Virus record (IMG/VR): IMGVR_UViG_3300045970_000109
Location: 1-52,201 of that record
DNA from: a virus
Lineage: Duplodnaviria; Caudoviricetes
Length of the DNA: 52,201 bases
Reading direction: 5' to 3' (one strand)
Made by a program: the position numbers and the translations under genes
The notes under the pieces: model-generated
Databases searched by the model: none
Seen by the model: only the letters and a program-made list of their open reading frames with translations
Told to the model about the DNA's origin: nothing
In this document: piece after piece, positions 44,676 to 52,174 of the stretch
Position numbering within the stretch: the first letter of the stretch is position 1
Layout: the number at the start of each line of letters is the position of its first letter

Positions 44676-44879
44676 TTACTTGGGGATTAGGTGTAGTCTC
44701 TGGCACTCAGGGAAGGTAACCCGAATCTCATGGTTACACTGTGGGCAGTTGATAGTTACTTGTTTCCCATCAGGGATAGTAACTACCGTGGGCCTGATAG
44801 GTGTTGGAGCAGGTTTACTGCAACCAAACTCTATCCATACTAATACTGCAATGAAGATAATAGCTAGAAGCTTATTCAT
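44676..44879 (-). CDS. small putative lipoprotein with CxxC
   Basis: signal-like N-terminus, FGC, CPQC. Confidence 0.5.
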   Translation of the reverse strand: MNKLLAIIFIAVLVWIEFGCSKPAPTPIRPTVVTIPDGKQVTINCPQCNHEIRVTFPECQRLHLIPK

Positions 44880-44897
44880 GTTGGTTCCTTTGAAAAG

Positions 44898-44990
44898 TGG
44901 TAGGCGCGTAGGGAATCGAACCCTAACAAGGGGCTAATCTGGCCCAGTGGAGTTTATAAGTCTCCCTATGCTACCATACATCACACGCCT
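44898..44990 (-). tRNA. tRNA with anticodon TAT (Ile) and long variable arm
   Basis: GGAGA-CTTATAA-ACTCC, V-arm GGGC..GCCC, CCA. Confidence 0.8.
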
Positions 44991-45034
44991 GTAAAGTATG
45001 TATCGTATTGGCTCACCATGCCTCTACGATTGAT

Positions 45035-45111
45035 TGGTCCTCCCGCAGAGATTCGAACTCTGGACCCGAAAATTATGAGTTTTCCGCTCTAGACCGCTGA
45101 GCTACAGGAGG
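45035..45111 (-). tRNA. tRNA(CAT), elongator Met or Ile2
   Basis: GAAAA-CTCATAA-TTTTC arm, CCA. Confidence 0.88.
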
Positions 45112-45140
45112 ATAGGGTTGTTTTCAATGGCCCCACTCTG

Positions 45141-45320
45141 TTACTTACTTCTTTGTTCTCCTGTGCTCTTACAAGATGGGCATATACCATGACTAATGTT
45201 CTTATCTTTGATGTCCTCATGGTTAGGCATAACCCAGATCTTGTTGTCTTGCAGATACTTCTTACACCAAGCACAGACTACAACAAACTGCCTTTTTGAA
45301 TAGTCAGGAATGTGCCACAT
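45141..45320 (-). CDS. small CAWCKK...SHGICPxC zinc-binding protein (59 aa)
   Basis: own translation ...VVVCAWCKKY...ISHGICPSC. Confidence 0.7.
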   Translation of the reverse strand: MWHIPDYSKRQFVVVCAWCKKYLQDNKIWVMPNHEDIKDKNISHGICPSCKSTGEQRSK

Positions 45321-45321
45321 G

Positions 45322-45678
45322 TTACTTCACCGTTTTAGTTTCAGTGAGGTCGTTGCCAAAGAACTTAGCCTGTAATGCCTTCTTAGCATAGAAGCGTTTC
45401 ATGTTGGCGTTATGCACATGGAGAGCATCATAGTAATCATCTTCTGGTTTAGCAGAAACTACCTCATCAATTAACTCAAACACACGCCTATTAGCCTGTA
45501 TGAGTTCAAGATACTCAGAAGAAGCCATGATCTTGAGATAGGTATGAGTATCTATCTGTTCTTCAATAACTTTGAGGAAGCTATTGTAGGCTGTCCAATC
45601 ATTACTAAGATGTGCCTTAAGTTGGAGAATAGCAAGCATATCAAATGCCGCCGCTTCATCTACATATACTCTAAGCAT
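45322..45678 (-). CDS. hypothetical protein
   Basis: 118 aa ORF coupled to upstream gene. Confidence 0.65.
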   Translation of the reverse strand: MLRVYVDEAAAFDMLAILQLKAHLSNDWTAYNSFLKVIEEQIDTHTYLKIMASSEYLELIQANRRVFELIDEVVSAKPEDDYYDALHVHNANMKRFYAKKALQAKFFGNDLTETKTVK

Positions 45679-46358
45679 TATGGCTCCTTGTAGTCAATGA
45701 GGTATTTGTTGTAGTTAATCCATGTTCCAAGATCAAGATAAGAACCACCTTTAACTTTAGCAGTATTGTAGCCATTTAGAATGCTACCTACTTCTTTGTC
45801 TGGGTTTGGTAAGTTTAAGTTATACGAGTATATCAATCTTAAAAACTCACCGGTAAACTTCAACACACCCCAAAACCATTCTTGGTTGTTGATGTTCTTT
45901 GTACTCTTTACCTGGAAATACTTACTGTCAAGTCCAAGTCTGTCAACTCTTGTATCATCAGATGTAGTAAACAAGCCACAAATAATACCAGGCTCATTTA
46001 CCATTTCTTTAAAAGGATTACCTTCATAAACAGAATCAGGCAATCCGAATAAGACTTGATCATTTTTCTTAAGATCACATGCATTGTAGAAGTCTCCTAA
46101 TACAGCAGCAAAACCTGGAGTTGTTTGAAGGACATGGATATATTTGGCAGAGTCAGAGTAGTAATCAACAATGCCTTGTTTGAGTTCAGTGCCGTGTATG
46201 AAGTAGATAACTCTAGCACCAGCTTCTTCCATCTTATCTGTGGTATGTGCTATGAGCGGCTTGTATTCTAAGAAACCCTTTTGTGGTAATAACTCCTTAG
46301 GGAAGGGTAACCCTAAGCGTAATCCTTTACCGCCTACTGGAACTAAACCATAGATCAT
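45678..46358 (-). CDS. sugar-phosphate nucleotidyltransferase (NTP_transferase family)
   Basis: VPVGGKGLRLG.P.PKELLP, GLPD, YLDLGT. Confidence 0.85.
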   Translation of the reverse strand: MIYGLVPVGGKGLRLGLPFPKELLPQKGFLEYKPLIAHTTDKMEEAGARVIYFIHGTELKQGIVDYYSDSAKYIHVLQTTPGFAAVLGDFYNACDLKKNDQVLFGLPDSVYEGNPFKEMVNEPGIICGLFTTSDDTRVDRLGLDSKYFQVKSTKNINNQEWFWGVLKFTGEFLRLIYSYNLNLPNPDKEVGSILNGYNTAKVKGGSYLDLGTWINYNKYLIDYKEP

Positions 46359-47029
46359 TAGATAATACCATGTTCTTTCATCATACTAATCATTTCCTCA
46401 GAGCTGTTTGTATACATACCATCTCCATGATAGTTCAAAGCATCTCTTGTAGAAAGCTTGTGCAACCTATCCTCAGGTATGTGCTGTAGTATAAAGGCAC
46501 CAACCTGATCTTCAATACTTCCAACTACCTCTGGGATAGGGAATATGTTACTTACTTTACTTGGAACAATGCAAAGAATAGAACCGTTAGCCCGTGGATG
46601 TTCAGGCCAACTATCCCAATCCCCATAAGCCACATCGTAGTCTGAGTTCGCCAACTCATGTAATGTCTCACCTGTTGTAAAGAAATGATCCTCACCAAGA
46701 ATCAGAACAGGTTGATCGTAACCTTCCCAAGTTTCATAGATAAGATTGTAGCCCTCACAGAAATACATCCCATTACAGGGATTAGCAAAGCCGCTAGTAG
46801 TTCCATATTGATTGCTATCATGCACATCAATAGGACTAACGTATTTCGTAGGTGCGTGTAGTTCCTTGATGTAACTGTGAAGTGGTTCTTGACTGCTATA
46901 CTCTGCATCGTAGTCGTGCTTATACAGAGTATAGCAGTAGATCTCAACCTCTGGTAGGAAATGCCTAATGCTAGTTGCTGTTAGGTTCACCATCTTGTTT
47001 CGTTTAAAGTTCTTAAAGCAAACTATCAC
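46358..47029 (-). CDS. putative GT-A glycosyltransferase-like protein
   Basis: SIRHFLP..EI, VLILGEDHFF (DxD-like); coupled to NTP transferase. Confidence 0.45.
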   Translation of the reverse strand: MIVCFKNFKRNKMVNLTATSIRHFLPEVEIYCYTLYKHDYDAEYSSQEPLHSYIKELHAPTKYVSPIDVHDSNQYGTTSGFANPCNGMYFCEGYNLIYETWEGYDQPVLILGEDHFFTTGETLHELANSDYDVAYGDWDSWPEHPRANGSILCIVPSKVSNIFPIPEVVGSIEDQVGAFILQHIPEDRLHKLSTRDALNYHGDGMYTNSSEEMISMMKEHGII

Positions 47030-47191
47030 TTACATCTCCGTGCTATGTACTTAATTTAGAACTCTTTGAAACTATTGATTGCTGCGTCCTCAGCCCTGCG
47101 AATAAGCTCAGCAAGGCATTTTGCTTTCCACTCTTTACCACCATAGTCAGCAGTGAGTAATTGAGTCCTAAGCTCTTCCTTACTCATTGTT

Positions 47192-47431
47192 TCAGGAGTC
47201 TTGTGTGCTTGTATGTTCTGTGCCATGCTCTTCTCTCCACTTTGCCATCATAATTTCAGCACCTTCCATGATGGTCTTAAGAAGGGCATCCTCTAATGAG
47301 ATATGCTCCGCAACCATGCGGTCTTGGAGCATTGCGTGTGTTTTGTTGCCAAGCTTCATGAACCAGGAGCCTTGTGCCTTGTAAGGGAACTTGGTATCTC
47401 TTGGTCCCATCATGTGAACTTTAAGTGCCAC
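47192..47431 (-). CDS. hypothetical protein
   Basis: 79 aa ORF after AGGAG. Confidence 0.55.
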   Translation of the reverse strand: MALKVHMMGPRDTKFPYKAQGSWFMKLGNKTHAMLQDRMVAEHISLEDALLKTIMEGAEIMMAKWREEHGTEHTSTQDS

Positions 47432-47634
47432 AATGTCTCCTATATGTGAAACGAGTTCTTGGGAACATAAGCATTACCTCTTGCTTCGTAGGCAACATCT
47501 TGAACTGCTTCAGGATAGTCTCCACCACCTGAATACACTTCTAAGTCACCATGCTGAGCAATCTTATCCTTGAGGATTTGAATCAAGGCAGAGGCTTTGA
47601 TACCGTGCATGAACATGTGAACCTCGAAAAGAAA

Positions 47635-47750
47635 CTAGACCCCAATTTCATTTTTGTATTTCGGAAACAATAAACCGACTCGGGATAGTCAATACTAGCG
47701 GCTACCCGAGAATTCACTGGTCATTGGGAGTTGGTAGCTGTATGGGTCTA
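47635..47750 (-). ncRNA. CAGCAA-stem (Y-like) RNA copy, variant motif CAGCUAC
   Basis: TAGACCC-ATA-CAGCTAC ... CTCGGG/CCCGAG ... GGGTCTAG. Confidence 0.6.
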
Positions 47751-47766
47751 AAAGGGTTAAAAGAAC

Positions 47767-47892
47767 TGGTGCGCCTACCCGGACTCGAACCGGGACGGAT
47801 TACTCCGACAGATTTTGAACAGGCTTTTGACAATCCACCGAACACCATCTCAGCGATAAGTCTGTTGTGTCTACCAATTCCACCATAGGCGC
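47767..47892 (-). tRNA. tRNA-Leu (TAA or CAA) with 41-nt insertion in anticodon loop
   Basis: Leu-type D-arm GTGGAATTGGTAGACAC, ACAGA..TCTGT stem with 48-nt loop, V-arm, CCA. Confidence 0.85.
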
Positions 47893-47960
47893 AGGGTTGA
47901 CTCTGATAATATGTATATCGCTTCGTCTGCCGTTTACTCCAATTAAATATAGGAGTAATT

Positions 47961-48425
47961 ATGAGCAACCAACGCGGCTATACTGATCAAGATGTTATTA
48001 ATGCTGTCGCATCTTCAACCTCCAAGAGACAGGTATTAGCTAAGTTAGGGTTAGTAGAGGCTGGAGGCAATTATAAATGCTTACAGCTTACTTTTGAAAG
48101 ACTTAAAGTAGATACTAGCCATTTTACAGGTAAGTTGTGGAACAAAGGGAAAATATTACCATCGAAACGACAAGTTAGTGAATACCTTTCAAATACTAAG
48201 TCTATACAGTCACACAAACTAAGGATTAGACTTATTAAAGAGGGCATATTTGAAGCTAAATGTTATAGCTGTCAAAATGTATTCTGGTTAGATAAACCTA
48301 TCGCATTAGAGTTGGAGCATATCAATGGTGATCACTCTGATAATACCTTGAGCAATCTAACACTGTTATGCCCCAACTGCCATGCACAGACTAAGACTTA
48401 TCGCGGAAAGAACAAGAAGTCTTAA
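47961..48425 (+). CDS. HNH homing endonuclease
   Basis: CYSC, LELEHINGDHSDN..NL.LLCPNCH. Confidence 0.92.
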   Translation: MSNQRGYTDQDVINAVASSTSKRQVLAKLGLVEAGGNYKCLQLTFERLKVDTSHFTGKLWNKGKILPSKRQVSEYLSNTKSIQSHKLRIRLIKEGIFEAKCYSCQNVFWLDKPIALELEHINGDHSDNTLSNLTLLCPNCHAQTKTYRGKNKKS

Positions 48426-49024
48426 TCTACCAAACTTTTCTTGAGTGCTTGCACCCAATCAGTCCGGCTCTTGGCTCTGGAAATCTCTGCAAGCCTTTCC
48501 TTTTCATGGTATTCGATGCTCCACTTAGTTGACTCAATCTGCTTGTGATACCAGTAGTCAACTGTGATATCAGTAGGAGCGCCTTTCTTGGAGTAATGAG
48601 TGCAGTCGTAGTCGATGCTACTAACAAGCTGTTCGATCATGAACTCTTTGAACTTGTCATGATCGTGAGTTGGAGGAATCCACTCTCTAACCTTGTTTAG
48701 CATAGCCTGATAACGCTCTCTGATTTCAAGCTCTTTTCTAGCCTGCTCAATGTATTCACGCTGAGCCTGGATGTTGAAAGAATCACAGCCTGAAATCTTT
48801 TCCTTATCAGACATGTGTTCAAGGTCAAAGAGAAGAGCCTTGCTATCAATCAGAGCCTTATCATGATAGGCCACATCAGCTGGAAATTCATCAGGGATAG
48901 GAGTATCAGTTGGGTCATCACGCATCAAGATACAGGCACCAAAGGCTCTGGCACACTGCAATGCGAACTCCTTGAACTCTGTTACCTGCCCACTGTTTAC
49001 ATCAGCAGTATATCCGGTAGGCAT
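48422..49024 (-). CDS. hypothetical phage protein
   Basis: MPTGYT...FALQCARAFGA...W.PPT.DH. Confidence 0.75.
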   Translation of the reverse strand: MPTGYTADVNSGQVTEFKEFALQCARAFGACILMRDDPTDTPIPDEFPADVAYHDKALIDSKALLFDLEHMSDKEKISGCDSFNIQAQREYIEQARKELEIRERYQAMLNKVREWIPPTHDHDKFKEFMIEQLVSSIDYDCTHYSKKGAPTDITVDYWYHKQIESTKWSIEYHEKERLAEISRAKSRTDWVQALKKSLVD

Positions 49025-49251
49025 TACTTCACCCGATTCTTCTTAGCAGTTGCCTGCTTGCGCTTGTCAGCCTTACGCTTGATTTCCTGCTTCTGTTCGT
49101 CCGTATGAACGACAGCAACAACAGGAGCCACACGCAGAGCCTTCCACTCGCTCTTAGGGCAGTAAGAGTAAGACCCTGTGAGCATCAGAAGCTCAGCAGT
49201 ATGGTCAGAAACTCGTTTGACCTTGCCTTCAGATGATTTGACACACTTCAT
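49024..49251 (-). CDS. small basic protein
   Basis: start MKCVK after GGAGG. Confidence 0.6.
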   Translation of the reverse strand: MKCVKSSEGKVKRVSDHTAELLMLTGSYSYCPKSEWKALRVAPVVAVVHTDEQKQEIKRKADKRKQATAKKNRVK

Positions 49252-49444
49252 AGGTGGTACCTCCGTGTTGACTCTGATCGCAGAGTCGGGTTGAATTAAT
49301 AGCCGTAAACGATACAAGCTTCGCCATATATGCGAAGAAGATCGTGATCTGACATTGCTTGGTATTCTTCTAGTGTGGCAAAGGTAAAATGCTGATTGTT
49401 TTCGTTGTTACAATCACCATCTTCCCATTCCAACAAGCGGTCAA

Positions 49445-49789
49445 TTATGAGTTGTCGCATTTGACATATCGCTCAAAGATGAGCGGAACAGCCTTTTCGA
49501 CAGTAGGCTCATAGAACAGTTCAGCATCAGTTACCTTATCCATTCCCTGATTCCTGAAGTAATAGAAAAAGGCCTGACCGAAGCGAAGCCACTTGTATTC
49601 TGGATCTTGCCTATTACCAAAATAGAAGTGAGTAAAGGACTGATAGTCTTCCTGACTGATACTAACTTTCGGGTTGGTCACCTTGTCTCCTTTGTTATAA
49701 CCCATCATCTTGATGTGATATGAAAGATGTTCTGAGGCTATTGCTCTTGCATCCTTGACAGCTTGACACTCGTTGAAGTTTATCGCCAT
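49445..49789 (-). CDS. hypothetical protein
   Basis: LRFGQAF motif; ORF packing. Confidence 0.55.
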   Translation of the reverse strand: MAINFNECQAVKDARAIASEHLSYHIKMMGYNKGDKVTNPKVSISQEDYQSFTHFYFGNRQDPEYKWLRFGQAFFYYFRNQGMDKVTDAELFYEPTVEKAVPLIFERYVKCDNS

Positions 49790-49926
49790 AGCCCATCCCA
49801 CCAAAAGGCTAGACGCCTATACCAAGGCACAACAGGCTTAGGCTCTTCTTTACGAATAGCCTTTCTTGGTGCCTTAGGACTTGTAGCTATGATTGTTGCT
49901 GCTATAACAACTAGCGGGTTGCTCAT
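49780..49926 (-). CDS. small hypothetical protein
   Basis: start MSNPL after AGGAG. Confidence 0.45.
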   Translation of the reverse strand: MSNPLVVIAATIIATSPKAPRKAIRKEEPKPVVPWYRRLAFWWDGLWR

Positions 49927-49927
49927 G

Positions 49928-50119
49928 CTATCTCCTAATTCGCGGAATTGAAACGGGGTTCTGCACAGTTGGCATAGGACGCATACGAGCTTCATATGCT
50001 GCGAGCTGTTTCTCTAACAACTCAATGTATTCTGCCGCTGACACCATGAGATTGTTTCTCTGATCAGGACCCTGAGGTGGATGAGAAGCAGCATATCTAA
50101 GGTCTTGTACTAAACCCAT
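49928..50119 (-). CDS. hypothetical protein
   Basis: 63 aa ORF after AAGGAG. Confidence 0.55.
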   Translation of the reverse strand: MGLVQDLRYAASHPPQGPDQRNNLMVSAAEYIELLEKQLAAYEARMRPMPTVQNPVSIPRIRR

Positions 50120-50232
50120 ATAGTCTCCTTATAAATGGTTGTGGTTGAATTATGTCCAGACTACACGCCTCTCTGGACTCGCTAGGATTTCGCGGCGTAA
50201 CGAGTGAGTAAAACCAAACCCTCTGATCCCGC

Positions 50233-50402
50233 TGGTCGGAATATAGGAGTCGAACCTATAGGATTTTTAAACACTCTTTAAGAAGGTAGTAAACTCAACA
50301 AACTCCACTTGTCATAAGACTTGGCGATTGTCCCGAGTATGACCCTTCTTAGGTAGCACCTAGCTTCAAGCACTTGAAGTCGTAGTCATAGTGTCAACTC
50401 CG
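50233..50402 (-). ncRNA. tRNA-like RNA with Pro-type acceptor end and large structured interior
   Basis: CGGAGT/ATTCCG-A-CCA; ATAGG-TTCGACT-CCTAT; TAAGAAGG/CCTTCTTA and GTCATA/TATGAC stems. Confidence 0.6.
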
Positions 50403-50419
50403 TCAGTGCAGGTATTGAT

Positions 50420-50494
50420 TGGTCCACCCGGCAGGATTTGAACCTGCGTATTCGCTTTAGAAGAGCGATGCTAAATCCCCTCAGCTACGGGTGG
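50420..50494 (-). tRNA. tRNA-Arg(TCT)
   Basis: TCGCT-CTTCTAA-AGCGA arm, CCA. Confidence 0.92.
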
Positions 50495-50667
50495 TTAAGT
50501 TATATATCGTATGAATTAAGGCTTAAGGAACCTTAAATGAGCGGCTGATATGTTACCTACAGTGGGAGTATCTCCACCAGTCATTCGTCAGCTACATCCA
50601 CCACCATTTATATACCGAGTGTGGCTCAGCGGTCAGCTTGGGCACTCCTGATGACAAACCAGGGCCC

Positions 50668-51054
50668 TTACCATCTAATACGAACACCCCAATTGATGTT
50701 GTTACCTACAGCATAGGCTTCAATGATAATAGTAGCGGTTTGAAAAGCTATCCTGTCTTTATGTTCCATCGAATTGCTTAGAAAGAAGTGTCCAATAGCG
50801 GTTAGTAGGCAGGCAACATTAATAATTGCCTGTTTAGGGTGTGAACCTAAGAACATATTACGCTCACCAATAGAATGTTCAACCCCATTAGCATCGACAT
50901 AGGTCATGTTATGGAAGTTAGATGTTTGCTTCCAATCAAGGAATAGCAAGGTCTGAAAGGTAACTTCCAGGGCAACCTCAGTCTTAGTCCACGGATCGCC
51001 TGCTCTTAGTGAACTTAAAACCAAGAGAGACAGTAATAAAGCTCGTTTTAACAT
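50668..51054 (-). CDS. secreted/membrane protein
   Basis: signal peptide, DW.QT, E.N.FLG.HP. Confidence 0.65.
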   Translation of the reverse strand: MLKRALLLSLLVLSSLRAGDPWTKTEVALEVTFQTLLFLDWKQTSNFHNMTYVDANGVEHSIGERNMFLGSHPKQAIINVACLLTAIGHFFLSNSMEHKDRIAFQTATIIIEAYAVGNNINWGVRIRW

Positions 51055-51133
51055 GTTATACCTTTCCACAATAACAAGGTTAAGTTTGCTATAGCTGTTG
51101 AAAAAGCTATCGAAGATGCTAAGAAGTTAAAGG

Positions 51134-51379
51134 CTAAGATCTAACTTTCTTCGAAGCACCACAGTATTTGCATCGTTCTTCTCCCTCTTTCATACCATTA
51201 TGGCAATAAGCACAGTGGTAATGATTAGAGGGAGAACTCTTTTCTGCTGCAATAACAGCCAGCACTCGTTGTTCGATAGAAGCTTGATCGTCTGCCACAG
51301 TACCTCCAAAGGTGATAACTTGTGTTATCACACCAAGAATGACTAGCGAGGCTAGTAAGATTTCAAGTAGGGCAACCAT
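51134..51379 (-). CDS. membrane-anchored zinc-ribbon protein
   Basis: N-terminal TM, CAYC...CKYCGA. Confidence 0.6.
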   Translation of the reverse strand: MVALLEILLASLVILGVITQVITFGGTVADDQASIEQRVLAVIAAEKSSPSNHYHCAYCHNGMKEGEERCKYCGASKKVRS

Positions 51380-51411
51380 ATGCCTCCTTAAGAAGTGGGT
51401 GACAAATAAAG

Positions 51412-51442
51412 GGCTCCTACCCAATTTCTATGAGTAGGAGCC
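51412..51442 (-). terminator. intrinsic terminator-like hairpin
   Basis: GGCTCCTAC/GTAGGAGCC followed by CTTTATTT. Confidence 0.55.
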
Positions 51443-51521
51443 ACATCCAACAGCGAGGTTACAGTACCGCCCCATTAAGCTACAATGTACCCGGAATAAA
51501 GTAGCACTGTTGGAATGTTAG

Positions 51522-52136
51522 TTACAGAAGAACCACATGGCCCTTCAGTTCTTTGATACCAATGGAACGAATGAAGGCTTCAATCTCTTCCACGGTAGCA
51601 GGACGAACTACCTCAGCGTTCGGGAAGTAATAGCTATCGTAGCCAACAGTGTTACCCTGCTTTTCAAGGTAAGTATTCTCGTCTGAGTTGGTCATAAGAA
51701 CAGTATCCTTGCCATAGATGACAAAGACACAACCAGCCCGAGTGTTCCCATAGAAGGCTTCCAGGAAAGGCTGATCATCTTCCTCGCTGAAATCACTAGC
51801 AGGACGATCAGCACCAAGCATGTCAAGGATAGGCTCACCAGTAAGAACGGTGAGAAGCTTGACTACATCGCTGCGATGGCAACCAAATGCATTGGTATTG
51901 GCCTTCAAGAGAGTAACAACTCCCTTGGCAACAGCACCTTTGGCCTTCGGCTCAGCAACTTTCTTCACAGCATTCTGTTTAAGAAAGAACTTTGCAACAG
52001 GCTTCATTGCATCAGCAGTGAGCTTGTGAAGCTTCTTAGCAAGCACAAGCACTTCATCAACCTTCTTGACAGGTGCTTTCTTCGGTGCAGCCTTCTTTGC
52101 ATCAGTCTTCTTTACTACAACCTTCTTGGTAGCCAT
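51522..52136 (-). CDS. hypothetical protein with Lys/Ala-rich histone-like N-terminus
   Basis: MATKKVVVKKTDAKKAAPKKAPVKK; GAGGA RBS. Confidence 0.7.
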   Translation of the reverse strand: MATKKVVVKKTDAKKAAPKKAPVKKVDEVLVLAKKLHKLTADAMKPVAKFFLKQNAVKKVAEPKAKGAVAKGVVTLLKANTNAFGCHRSDVVKLLTVLTGEPILDMLGADRPASDFSEEDDQPFLEAFYGNTRAGCVFVIYGKDTVLMTNSDENTYLEKQGNTVGYDSYYFPNAEVVRPATVEEIEAFIRSIGIKELKGHVVLL

Positions 52137-52174
52137 GATATCCTCCTATGGAAATGGCTTGGTTGAAAGAAACT

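Noticed and set aside
50233-50402. tmRNA
   Set aside because: No G3-U70 Ala acceptor, too short, and no evident tag ORF or pseudoknots.
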